Below, in pieces: positions 46,483-55,244 of a DNA stretch of 64,000 nt. The DNA comes from a virus (taxonomy: Duplodnaviria > Caudoviricetes). Position 1 is the first letter of the stretch; each line of letters opens with the position of its first letter. The DNA is taken from the IMG/VR virus record IMGVR_UViG_3300022562_001605, positions 11,278 through 75,277 of that record; one strand, written 5' to 3'. The notes under the pieces are model-generated. The model saw only the letters and a list, made by a program, of their open reading frames with translations, searched no databases and had not been told where the DNA came from. Made by a program: the position numbers and the translations under genes.

Positions 46483-46968
46483 TTATATTATATCCCCTGC
46501 TACCTTTTCCTTTAAATATTTGTTATATGAATCGGATGGGGCTACATTCACCCATGAATCGGGCGATATTGGATGACATAACATCTGGTATTTATTAAGA
46601 CTTGGACCGATGTTGCGGTAGTTAGGCAAATAATCCATAACTACTATAGTTTCCAATTCGACCATAGACATATTCATGCCATATACTAATGCTTTAAATT
46701 CGCGGCCTGCAAGTTCTGATACTTCTACGACATCTAGTTGTAAGGTATCATCATCAACAACTAAGATGTTCCAATGCGCAGGAAGCGCAAACGGGAATCC
46801 CTTAATTGAAATTGCTATTGTTGCACAAACTACTTCTTCAAAAATCAATAATGGAGAAAGTGTAAAATCCATCATATTTAAATCAAGAACATACATATAT
46901 TCCGATGGCATCGGACCTTGTACGTTATCGAGGATTATGGGGTCGTTGTTTTCATTAAAAATTAACAT
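46483..46968 (-). CDS. hypothetical phage protein
   Basis: D......PL.FEE, P..W.I; adjacent to uvsW. Confidence 0.65.
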   Translation of the reverse strand: MLIFNENNDPIILDNVQGPMPSEYMYVLDLNMMDFTLSPLLIFEEVVCATIAISIKGFPFALPAHWNILVVDDDTLQLDVVEVSELAGREFKALVYGMNMSMVELETIVVMDYLPNYRNIGPSLNKYQMLCHPISPDSWVNVAPSDSYNKYLKEKVAGDII

Positions 46969-47001
46969 TATTCTTCTTTTTATTATAATTATAGATGTTC
47001 T

Positions 47002-47030
47002 ATTTTACAATAGAATATATTAATAGTCAA
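47002..47030 (-). promoter_or_regulatory. sigma70-type promoter
   Basis: TTGACT-17-TAAAAT. Confidence 0.65.
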
Positions 47031-48525
47031 CAGTTTTTTTAATAAATGGGTATTTTGCTTCAGTATAATATTTAACCCTTTTTGTTACATGTCTTCTACT
47101 ATATTTTAAATCAGAACAAATATCGTGAACGTGAACAAAATTCTTATCTTTTGCTTTTCTCAATCCACGACCAATAGCCTGAATTACACGTATGAATGAC
47201 TTTCCTACATCTATCAATACAAGGTTAAAGATTCGTTTAATGTCCAATCCCGTTCCTGCAATATTGACTGTTGCTATAACTACAAGATTATCATTATCTT
47301 TAAATTTTTGGTATATTTCTTCACGTACAGTAACATGATCTTGTCCATGAAGGAATACTGAATCGGGAATGTGTTTTGCTAATTTCTTACCAAAAGCAAC
47401 ACCGTTAACAAGACAAAGAACGTTTCCTTTATCTAACATACTAAGATTTTGAATATAGTTTGATATCCACGACAGCCGCGACTTCTCCGTATGTAAAAAT
47501 GATTTCTCTGCTGTAAAATCTGGAAAGTATGCATCTTTAAATTGTTTATAGGTTAATTTTTTAATACTTGGTTCATCTTTAATATCTTCCAAAAACTGTT
47601 TGTATTGTTCGGTAAGATTAACTTCCATTTGAAGAATATCAATCTGAAGATTGGATAGATGACCCTCCGCTATCAATTTGTGTGCAGGTACTTCGTATAA
47701 AACTTCGCCAACGGCGGTTTTTACGGACATTCTGTCACTTTCGCCTTCGGGTAAAGTACCAGTACAACCAAATCTAAATGGAATATGCTTTCCATGGTTG
47801 ATTAACAAATCATTTAATACTGGGCCACGTAACCCTTGACATTCATCGACTATTACCATTTGGAATTGGGTAACAACTACAGGATTATTCTTTAAGGTTT
47901 GCCACGTTGATACGATATGTGTATGTTCTAAATCCTTTGCACTGCCACTATATTCGCCAACATCCAGCCCGAAAAATTCATAAGCCTTTTTTGTTTGATT
48001 GGTTAATGTAGTGTCTGGAACAATTATGACCGATCTAAAACTTGCGTAGCGTTCATATGACAATGCCAAAGCTGCACACATGCTGGTTTTACCTGCACCC
48101 GTTCCAGCAATAACAATTCCGCCGCCGTTTTCTATAAGTTTATTAACTGCTATTATTTGATAATCGCGGACTTTCCATGGCTCATCGGTTTCAGGATCTA
48201 TTATATCGGAAAAGAAATCTTCACCGATTGGTTTAACATTAACGCTTGGCGTTCTTCGATTATCTTCAATTTGTACATTATATCCTAAACGGATTAAACT
48301 GGGGACGATTTCCTGAAGTAAATGTATAAAAGTTTTTCCATTCTTGTGGAAAAATCTAATTTTTCCATCCCATGTTCCCAGCTGATATTTTGGGCTAAAG
48401 TAATAACTTTCAGTAAGGATTCCATATTTTTCGTAATAGTATATAATATGGTCTGCATGAAGTCCTGTTATAACACAGTTGACTTCATCTATAAGAACGA
48501 TTTTGCATGGTCTATTTTCAATCAT
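47020..48525 (-). CDS. uvsW: SF2 helicase
   Basis: RDYQ, GTGAGKT, VDECQ, GCTGT, GTGLDI, Q.IGRGLR. Confidence 0.88.
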   Translation of the reverse strand: MIENRPCKIVLIDEVNCVITGLHADHIIYYYEKYGILTESYYFSPKYQLGTWDGKIRFFHKNGKTFIHLLQEIVPSLIRLGYNVQIEDNRRTPSVNVKPIGEDFFSDIIDPETDEPWKVRDYQIIAVNKLIENGGGIVIAGTGAGKTSMCAALALSYERYASFRSVIIVPDTTLTNQTKKAYEFFGLDVGEYSGSAKDLEHTHIVSTWQTLKNNPVVVTQFQMVIVDECQGLRGPVLNDLLINHGKHIPFRFGCTGTLPEGESDRMSVKTAVGEVLYEVPAHKLIAEGHLSNLQIDILQMEVNLTEQYKQFLEDIKDEPSIKKLTYKQFKDAYFPDFTAEKSFLHTEKSRLSWISNYIQNLSMLDKGNVLCLVNGVAFGKKLAKHIPDSVFLHGQDHVTVREEIYQKFKDNDNLVVIATVNIAGTGLDIKRIFNLVLIDVGKSFIRVIQAIGRGLRKAKDKNFVHVHDICSDLKYSRRHVTKRVKYYTEAKYPFIKKTVDY

Positions 48526-48776
48526 TTCATACTATCTGGAACTAGTGCGGCATATTCTTCTTCTTTTTCCGGAGAATAAAACCCGTGTCCACTAACTTCT
48601 TCGTATAGTTGTCTCATGGTTGCTAGCGTTGCACGAAGAATTTTTTCGTGATTACCCTTTTCAACGTCTTCACCAAATATAGACTGATCATAGTAATCTG
48701 GTGACATTAAAGCATGGTCATAACGAATCGCCATGCTCATTAGCAAGCCTATTGGAGGTTCTTCTGGTAGTTTCAT
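48522..48776 (-). CDS. hypothetical protein
   Basis: PP.GLL.SMA.RYDH. Confidence 0.6.
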   Translation of the reverse strand: MKLPEEPPIGLLMSMAIRYDHALMSPDYYDQSIFGEDVEKGNHEKILRATLATMRQLYEEVSGHGFYSPEKEEEYAALVPDSMK

Positions 48777-48778
48777 TT

Positions 48779-49237
48779 TTATATTTCTATGTATTCTAAT
48801 TGTGCCACGCGTAACTTGGTTATATTAGATAACGCATAGTTACGTGTTGTAAAGGCATTGACTACTGCTTGATACAGTTCGTACATTTCTTCTACTTCTA
48901 TTAAAATACTATGTATTTTTAAATAATCATTTTCACTATCGATATATTTCAATATATCGCGTTCTCCTAATGCACGGGAATAGTTTTCTTTATACGATTT
49001 GTAAAGTGTTCCACGAATACGATCTTCTTCCATTTGAAAAAATTTAACAAGTGATTTTAATTCTGCCCGACGTTGATCATAATAATGAAGCCATGCAGAG
49101 TTTTCACTATTGGAAACTTCTAATTTTTTACCTTTTATTTTTAGGCGCACTTCCGCATCTTCAAGATCTTTGTCATAAACCGCCAAAATTTCTGGCAGGT
49201 TTTGATATTTTTCACCAAGGTCATTTATTTTAGACAT
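48779..49237 (-). CDS. uvsY: recombination mediator UvsY-like
   Basis: helical, KYIDSE..Y, F..RN..L.NI.KLR; next to uvsW. Confidence 0.7.
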   Translation of the reverse strand: MSKINDLGEKYQNLPEILAVYDKDLEDAEVRLKIKGKKLEVSNSENSAWLHYYDQRRAELKSLVKFFQMEEDRIRGTLYKSYKENYSRALGERDILKYIDSENDYLKIHSILIEVEEMYELYQAVVNAFTTRNYALSNITKLRVAQLEYIEI

Positions 49238-49735
49238 TTAACTTTTACCTTTTGTATTAAAAAGCATATATGCTTGTCTTTGTTCTTCTGTTAATTGTGA
49301 TAAATCAAAATCATCATCTGGTGGTGGTGTATCATTAATTGGAGTAGAAAAGCTTTCTACTTTCTGCTTTTCGTGTATCATCTTTAAAAATTCTATTATA
49401 TTCGCTTCGTTTGATGATTCGACTAATTCGAATGGAAGTGACATATGTACTACACGCTGAAAATAATCAAGATTGCTTTCCGTAATTGTTATGGTTTCAC
49501 CTTCTATTTCTATTTGAGTTCCAGGTGTATAATCCACTATTCCTACAATAAGAACCATCCCATCCATAAGGTTGGCATCTTCCCATGCTACTTGTCCAGC
49601 CGCGAAAACAGGATCTATAGAATTAAGATATTCTGTTACGCAAACTAATGTTGTGTGAATTAATTCAAATATTTTGAAGGTTTGTTGTTTAAATGCTTCA
49701 TCCCTTTCTTCGAAGAGTTCTTTCAGCGTTCCCAT
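49238..49735 (-). CDS. hypothetical protein
   Basis: ORF in replication operon. Confidence 0.6.
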   Translation of the reverse strand: MGTLKELFEERDEAFKQQTFKIFELIHTTLVCVTEYLNSIDPVFAAGQVAWEDANLMDGMVLIVGIVDYTPGTQIEIEGETITITESNLDYFQRVVHMSLPFELVESSNEANIIEFLKMIHEKQKVESFSTPINDTPPPDDDFDLSQLTEEQRQAYMLFNTKGKS

Positions 49736-49775
49736 TTTTATACCTTTATAATTATTATTATTTTATTTATTCATT

Positions 49776-50786
49776 TTATAAATCGCAATAATTACCTAAT
49801 TGTACCATTGCTTCATCATAATCGGAAGTCTTTTTTTCTATAATGCTTTTTAAAACATATAACTTCCCGTATTTTTTTACGGCGTCACTCATATCCTTAC
49901 AACTTGAACCTATATCTGGTGTAGATATTGACCAGCCAAATTCCAATGCTTGTTCTGCTGCACGCTTTCCATCACCAAATCTATCTGGTATATAGATTTT
50001 TTCTCTTCGTGAACGATCTAACCACTGGCGTTGATAATCTGTTATAACATTTCCTAACGTAGCCACACCATCAATAGCAAATCCATCAAACCATCCTTCG
50101 GTTACAATTAATGGGGCGTCGGTATGTTCAAACAGTTTTTCAAAACCAAAAATAACCTTTTCTTTTGGCGTTGCAGGCGTTTCGTATTTCTTTGGAGCAT
50201 CATACAATGCTCTACCAATATAAAATATAAGCTTATTATTTTTAAATATAGGCATAATAACACGTCCAAGCCATTTATGCAACTTTGGATTTTCGGCTTT
50301 ATTTGCCAACATAAAAGGGTAACTATCTGGATCTACGCCACGTTCATCTATAAGATATTCACGTGCTGCTTCAGCAACAAAGTCGTCAGGTTTGGCATCT
50401 TTTAAAAAATAAAAGAACGACGGCATTGTTATTTCTTTTGGTTCAATGTTTGATATTGTTTTTTGTTCTTCTTCGCGATGGTGTGCACCGTCACGATATG
50501 CGGGGCTATCTAATATTACCTGTTGCCATTCGTCATCAGGTATACCAAACGCTTGTAAGGTATCTATCATCTTCTTCGGTATATATTCGTGTTCATATGG
50601 ATCATATAAAGATTTATGTCCACAATTCCAACATTTATAAACAACCCTGGCACCATCAAATAGAAATGCACCACGAAATCCCTTTCGTGTGTGATCATTA
50701 CATACGTGACATCTAACTGCTTGCCAGCCTTTGTGGTTTGGTGGTTGGAGTTGAACGTATTGTTTTATTATTTGTTCAAGCGTCAT
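49776..50786 (-). CDS. DNA primase (DnaG/gp61-like)
   Basis: CHVC..H...CWNC Zn domain; VTEGWFDG, IPDRFGDG TOPRIM. Confidence 0.88.
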   Translation of the reverse strand: MTLEQIIKQYVQLQPPNHKGWQAVRCHVCNDHTRKGFRGAFLFDGARVVYKCWNCGHKSLYDPYEHEYIPKKMIDTLQAFGIPDDEWQQVILDSPAYRDGAHHREEEQKTISNIEPKEITMPSFFYFLKDAKPDDFVAEAAREYLIDERGVDPDSYPFMLANKAENPKLHKWLGRVIMPIFKNNKLIFYIGRALYDAPKKYETPATPKEKVIFGFEKLFEHTDAPLIVTEGWFDGFAIDGVATLGNVITDYQRQWLDRSRREKIYIPDRFGDGKRAAEQALEFGWSISTPDIGSSCKDMSDAVKKYGKLYVLKSIIEKKTSDYDEAMVQLGNYCDL

Positions 50787-50792
50787 CCTAAT

Positions 50793-50821
50793 ATTATACC
50801 ATAGGATAATTATATAAGCAA
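50793..50821 (-). promoter_or_regulatory. sigma70-type promoter with extended -10
   Basis: TTGCTT-17-(TGG)TATAAT. Confidence 0.65.
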
Positions 50822-51430
50822 CTATTGTAAGTCTTTTGCTTCTTTTTGTTTAATTTTAATCATCTTATTAAGACGTTTGCGGATTTCATCTGCTTGTAAC
50901 CATAAATCTTCACCGCGAAGAATTGCGCTGAGTTCATCATCGGTTATAAATGGAACATAATAATCAAAAGCCATTTTTTTGAACCATTTAATGGTGGCTT
51001 CCAGTTGCTGATATTGTTCATTACCCTTACCATATGTTCCACTACTAAAATTATGAATCATCATCATACTATTTTCGTGAACTAAAAATTCGTCGGCTGC
51101 TAAAAATATTAATGAACCTAAAGAGCAAGCTTCACCTTCAAGGCTACAAACAATATGTGCGGATGAATAGCGCATGGTATTTACCATCTGAACGCCGGTT
51201 GTTAAATCACCACCTGGAGTATTTAAATGTATATAAACTAAATCTTCTTCGGTAGCTGTCCCCATTTTGTGAAACATGTCAACATATGCTTGTGGTTCAC
51301 GAATTGGACCACTTAAATAAAAATGATGTACTTTCCGCATTACTGCTTGTTCATAGTAATGGAAGGGTTTTGTTAATTCATCTTCTTCATCGAGAATATC
51401 TACGTTGTCATTGTTTGTTTTTTTACTCAT
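50822..51430 (-). CDS. clpP: ClpP-family serine protease
   Basis: HLNTPGG, ACSLGS (Ser), MIHN (His), DLWL (Asp). Confidence 0.85.
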   Translation of the reverse strand: MSKKTNNDNVDILDEEDELTKPFHYYEQAVMRKVHHFYLSGPIREPQAYVDMFHKMGTATEEDLVYIHLNTPGGDLTTGVQMVNTMRYSSAHIVCSLEGEACSLGSLIFLAADEFLVHENSMMMIHNFSSGTYGKGNEQYQQLEATIKWFKKMAFDYYVPFITDDELSAILRGEDLWLQADEIRKRLNKMIKIKQKEAKDLQ

Positions 51431-51477
51431 AAGAATTTTACCAATTTAATTTAATTTTTATTAGGTTATAAATGAAA

Positions 51478-51499
51478 ATGGGAACCATAGGGTTCCCAT
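51478..51499 (-). terminator. probable intrinsic terminator
   Basis: ATGGGAACC-4 nt-GGTTCCCAT followed by TTTTCATTT on minus strand. Confidence 0.65.
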
Positions 51500-51503
51500 G
51501 TAA

Positions 51504-51635
51504 TTATTTCTTTACGTTTCTGAATTCTCGGTATTTTTTCATTGTCCATTCTTGGAACAATTTAGCATATGCTGGCTGCGGAAAATTCCAACCAATGAAC
51601 ATGCCAATAACGAGGATTAATATTGTGTCAAGCAT
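51504..51635 (-). CDS. 43-aa membrane peptide (not in track)
   Basis: GGAGG RBS; MLDTILILVIGMFIGWNFPQPAYAKLFQEWTMKKYREFRNVKK*. Confidence 0.7.
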   Translation of the reverse strand: MLDTILILVIGMFIGWNFPQPAYAKLFQEWTMKKYREFRNVKK

Positions 51636-51683
51636 TTTACTACTCCTCCCTGCTTTCGATAAAGATATTTATTGGGGGAGAAT

Positions 51684-51714
51684 AAAAAAGGGGAAATCCT
51701 AAGATTTCCCCTTT
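51684..51714 (-). terminator. intrinsic terminator of tmRNA gene
   Basis: AAAGGGGAAATC-4 nt-GATTTCCCCTTT with T-run on minus strand. Confidence 0.85.
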
Positions 51715-51716
51715 AA

Positions 51717-51970
51717 GACTATTGGGTTACAAGGCGTCACCCCCGGATGGGCTTACGCAGCTAAGCGAAGTTCCTCATCGTAAAATGCGTCGTTTGCATT
51801 TATGGTTTTTATGCCATTTTCGGTGGTCATCTGCCGTATCATCCACTTACCATTCCTTGCCCCGTCGAATCCAGTTCATCCCCAAAATATCGTCAAATTG
51901 CCAAAAATTGGTGGAGATGGGGGTGTCGAAACCCCGTCCGCAACTTGTACTAAGTTCGCTTCATATGATA
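51717..51970 (-). ncRNA. ssrA: circularly permuted (two-piece) tmRNA
   Basis: acceptor piece ending ...CATCTCCACCA (51909) precedes GGGGATG 5' end (51883); G3-U70 pair; tag ORF ANDAFYDEELRLAA* at 51797-51753. Confidence 0.92.
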
Positions 51971-51979
51971 ATAAATTAT

Positions 51980-52474
51980 TTATTCTTCACACCACCATTC
52001 TTCAAAAGGTTTATAATATTCTTCAATTATTTCAATTTCCCCTTCAAAATTAGGAAGATCCTTACACTGCAATCCCCCCACGTTATAAGATAGGGTTATG
52101 TGTGGTTTATATTTGTCAAAATCGTATGTTGCCCCGTGTTCATTCATTAAAAAGTTGTGTCGTTTGACCAGTTCTGGACATTTATATTTTAAAACGAGGC
52201 ACATATTAACAGTCCCGTCTTTGGTTGGCTGCGATGGCCATTTTACGAATTTGGTAAAATTACCGATCAGCGGGTTTTCAAATGTACCCGCCGGTTCATA
52301 GTCTGGAAGATGCTTTCTACTGAATAAAAGTGTGGTGTGAAGACTATCCGTTCTAACCCTATTGGGAATATTATTATCCTTAATATATTTTCTAATTGCT
52401 TTTTTGGTTTTTTCGCTAAACTTTACACCTGCATATGTACCCGTTTCTTTACTAATCGTTTCCATAATTATCAT
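51980..52474 (-). CDS. acb1: 2H phosphoesterase, T4 57B / anti-CBASS Acb1 homolog
   Basis: [43 protein letters not shown]..W align with T4 57B. Confidence 0.85.
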   Translation of the reverse strand: [164 protein letters not shown]

Positions 52475-52676
52475 ATGCCTTTTCTTTTAATTTACTAATC
52501 GTTCTTTCAACCCATCTTTTAGCAGCTTCACAACCATAAACTTTAACTTCATATACTTCTGATGGTGTTTTAACAGTAGCTGTATATTCACGTAGATGTT
52601 TTGGACCCGCCGTTTCATTTGGGTAAATAAAATAACTAAATGTTCCGATTTTTCCAGAACTGAGCAGCGTTGACAT
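52452..52676 (-). CDS. hypothetical protein
   Basis: ORF in operon. Confidence 0.5.
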   Translation of the reverse strand: MSTLLSSGKIGTFSYFIYPNETAGPKHLREYTATVKTPSEVYEVKVYGCEAAKRWVERTISKLKEKAYDNYGND

Positions 52677-52682
52677 TATACA

Positions 52683-53246
52683 CTATACCCTTTTATATGT
52701 CACGAAATATAATTCGTCGGTCTGTTCGCCTTCAACTATCTTATAGTGCTTATTTAGTAAATCTACTGGGAATCTTTTATCACAATTATACCGCTTATTT
52801 TTAACTATAGTCATATAAATCTTATCCGCATACGCTATAGCTTCGACAAACATTCTAAATCCACCAAGGATGAATATTTCGCGGGGATCTGTCGGATCGA
52901 TAGAATCTGTAGCCTCTCTGATATTTTTAACTACAGTAGCGCCATGGGCTTTGAAATCGGGGTTGCTTGTTACTACAAAAGATAAGCGATTTGGAAGAAT
53001 TTCTGTTGGTTCAGATATATCTAATTCCTTAGAATCTTCCGATTTATTTTCTTCGGCTTGTTTTTTCTTACGTTCCATGTACATGTTGTACATGTCTTCA
53101 TACGTTCTTCTACCCATAATACAAATGCCGCCATCTGTAACCCTTTTAAAATGTTTTAGGTCTTCTGGTATGTCCCACGGGATTTTTCCGTTTTTTCCAA
53201 AACCGCCTTCTTCATCTACGGCTACAATTATCGACACTTGCTTCAT
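52683..53246 (-). CDS. folA: dihydrofolate reductase
   Basis: IVAVD..GGFG..G.IPW..PEDL.HFK, IMGRRTY, LP.R, ILGG, CD..FP. Confidence 0.9.
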   Translation of the reverse strand: MKQVSIIVAVDEEGGFGKNGKIPWDIPEDLKHFKRVTDGGICIMGRRTYEDMYNMYMERKKKQAEENKSEDSKELDISEPTEILPNRLSFVVTSNPDFKAHGATVVKNIREATDSIDPTDPREIFILGGFRMFVEAIAYADKIYMTIVKNKRYNCDKRFPVDLLNKHYKIVEGEQTDELYFVTYKRV

Positions 53247-53734
53247 AATCTCTCCATTATATAAACTTCCGCTAAAAGTTCTTCATATTTGCGCTGTGTT
53301 TCGTGTGTTAAATCTGTAACTATTTTATTATATCTTATACCACGAATTCCCCAAGGAGGCAACAAACTAGGTGCCGTAAAATCATAAAAAATTTTTGTAG
53401 GCTTCTTTGGTGTTTCTATTATATCCAAAAGTTTATCAAGAAAACTTTGGGTTCTGGGAACTTCAGGTAATAATTCTACTACCAATTTATTATTATCTCT
53501 TAAAGTCACCAGATTGCCCGTTTCTTTTATCCAATCTGCAAATACCCTACAAGTATAACGTGCGCAGGTTGCATTTTCAGTTATAAACAAGTAACGGTTT
53601 CCATTGCAATGTGGCCTTAAAAAATAAAGTAAACTAATCAAACGCGCAGTTGTTTTCCCACTACCACGGTGCCAAATTTCACCATTTCTTACTTTTCTAA
53701 GGCGGTCTTTATCTAATTCTTTTAAGGAAGTCAT
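53243..53734 (-). CDS. short P-loop protein resembling terminase/helicase ATPase N-terminus
   Basis: WHRGSGKTT Walker A; IRGIRY..IV.D Walker-B-like. Confidence 0.5.
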   Translation of the reverse strand: MTSLKELDKDRLRKVRNGEIWHRGSGKTTARLISLLYFLRPHCNGNRYLFITENATCARYTCRVFADWIKETGNLVTLRDNNKLVVELLPEVPRTQSFLDKLLDIIETPKKPTKIFYDFTAPSLLPPWGIRGIRYNKIVTDLTHETQRKYEELLAEVYIMERL

Positions 53735-54057
53735 TTATTTTTAATAATATAATTAAGTTCTGTAACGTTAAAACAGTTGCGTTGGCGATAAGTTATATCC
53801 AAATTGGTAATGTTATTAGCAATATCCGATAATTTGTTATTGCGGCCATCACATATCACATTCCATTGGGTTATTTTTTTCTGTTCGACTAATTCTTCTA
53901 GATGCTCGTCTATGACTTCTAATATAGCATCGCGCTGATTATCACTATCCCACATTATTTCGAATGTTTCTATGATTTCATTTATGAGGGTACTTACCTC
54001 TTTCAATAGTGGTTTACTATTAACATGTTTGGTTTTTAACTTATAAGTTGAACGCAT
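53731..54057 (-). CDS. tail-sheath C-terminal-domain-like protein 1
   Basis: ITQWNVICDGRNN...I.NN resembles gp18 IYEYRVVCDTTNNT..I.RN. Confidence 0.5.
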   Translation of the reverse strand: MRSTYKLKTKHVNSKPLLKEVSTLINEIIETFEIMWDSDNQRDAILEVIDEHLEELVEQKKITQWNVICDGRNNKLSDIANNITNLDITYRQRNCFNVTELNYIIKNK

Positions 54058-54370
54058 AATTTTGCCTTTCTATAGTAAATGATAAGTATGTAGTGTTGAA
54101 ACACATCTTATGTTTGTAATATATGTCTATAATATATTTTCCGTTTTTCATGTCGGACGTTTTATTATTTCTTGAATCCGCAATTACGTTAATCTGTTCC
54201 AATTTGTAATTTTCTGCTTCTTCTAATAAAAGGAATTCTATTAACTTAACAATGTCGTCTATTTCTGATGCTATATCAAGTAATAATATAACAGCACCAA
54301 GATGTTCCTGTAACATCTTAAGTAATTTTTTGCTATGTACGTTCCGTTGTATCGATAGCGTGACATTCAT
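54041..54370 (-). CDS. tail-sheath C-terminal-domain-like protein 2 (paralog of previous)
   Basis: NVIADSRNNK.SD..N...DI.Y.H..CFN.T.L shared with 53731-54057. Confidence 0.5.
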   Translation of the reverse strand: MNVTLSIQRNVHSKKLLKMLQEHLGAVILLLDIASEIDDIVKLIEFLLLEEAENYKLEQINVIADSRNNKTSDMKNGKYIIDIYYKHKMCFNTTYLSFTIERQNYAFNL

Positions 54371-54380
54371 AGTATTCTCC

Positions 54381-55244
54381 TTATACTGAAACTTGCAATT
54401 TAATAGCTGGATGACACTCGTAATCCACTATTTCAAAATCCTCAAATTTAAAATCGTCAATTTCCTTAACATCGGAATTAAGTATTAATCGTGGTGATGA
54501 ATACGGTGCTCTTGTTATTTGTTCTTTGAGTGCATCGATGTGGTTCTTATAAATGTGCACATCACCGCCACGCCAAATAAATTCACCAGGTTCTAATCCA
54601 ACAACTTGCGCAATCATATGTGTTAAAATACAATATTGGACAATATTAAAAGGCACACCCAATGCTACATCACAAGACCGCTGGTTTAACATACAGGACA
54701 ACTTACCATCTGCAACATAAAACTGAAAGGTATAATGGCATGGTGGTAATGCCATATTTTCAATTTGACCAACATTCCATGCACTAACAATAATACGTCT
54801 ATCATTTGGATTATTACGTAATTTATTTATAATATCAGCTATCTGATCTATATGTTCCCATTCTATAACAGCTTCTGGTGGATCGGTTTCGTAGTTTATA
54901 TGTGCAGATTTTGCAACAGGCCATTTACGCCACTGGTAGCCGTAAACAGGACCAAGGTCGCCGTTTTCATCAGCCCATTCGTTCCAAATTCTAACGCCAT
55001 TGTCTTGCAGATAATCAATATTTGTTCCTGCTTTCAGATACCACAGAAGTTCAAAGATTATACTACGTGTATGCATTTTCTTAGTTGTTAAAAGTGGTAT
55101 GCTACCGTTTGCAAGGTTAAACCGCATTTCACGGGCAAAAACGCTTATAGTTCCTGTACCTGTTCTATCGCCCTTTTCTACACCGTTTTTAAGTACATCT
55201 TCTACTAAGTTTAAATATTCTCTATCATGATATTGTTTCGTCAT
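54381..55244 (-). CDS. thyA: thymidylate synthase
   Basis: DRTGTGT, ELLW, GPVYG.QWR, ALPPCH, QRSCD..LGVPFN, DVHIY.NH. Confidence 0.95.
   Translation of the reverse strand: MTKQYHDREYLNLVEDVLKNGVEKGDRTGTGTISVFAREMRFNLANGSIPLLTTKKMHTRSIIFELLWYLKAGTNIDYLQDNGVRIWNEWADENGDLGPVYGYQWRKWPVAKSAHINYETDPPEAVIEWEHIDQIADIINKLRNNPNDRRIIVSAWNVGQIENMALPPCHYTFQFYVADGKLSCMLNQRSCDVALGVPFNIVQYCILTHMIAQVVGLEPGEFIWRGGDVHIYKNHIDALKEQITRAPYSSPRLILNSDVKEIDDFKFEDFEIVDYECHPAIKLQVSV

Noticed and set aside
51909-51941. tRNA-Ala gene
   Set aside because: The T-arm and CCA are present but no anticodon arm lies upstream; the matching 5' strand lies downstream and leads to a tag ORF, so this is the tmRNA acceptor piece
51472-52093. 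Plus-strand ORFs 51472-51702, 51722-52093 and 51802-52053 from the track
   Set aside because: They are antisense shadows of the tmRNA, terminators and the 43-aa gene, with no RBS or protein-like composition
54381-55244. Group I intron or homing endonuclease in thyA (as in T4 td)
   Set aside because: thyA is continuous and of normal length; NUMOD1-like segments elsewhere lack a nuclease domain
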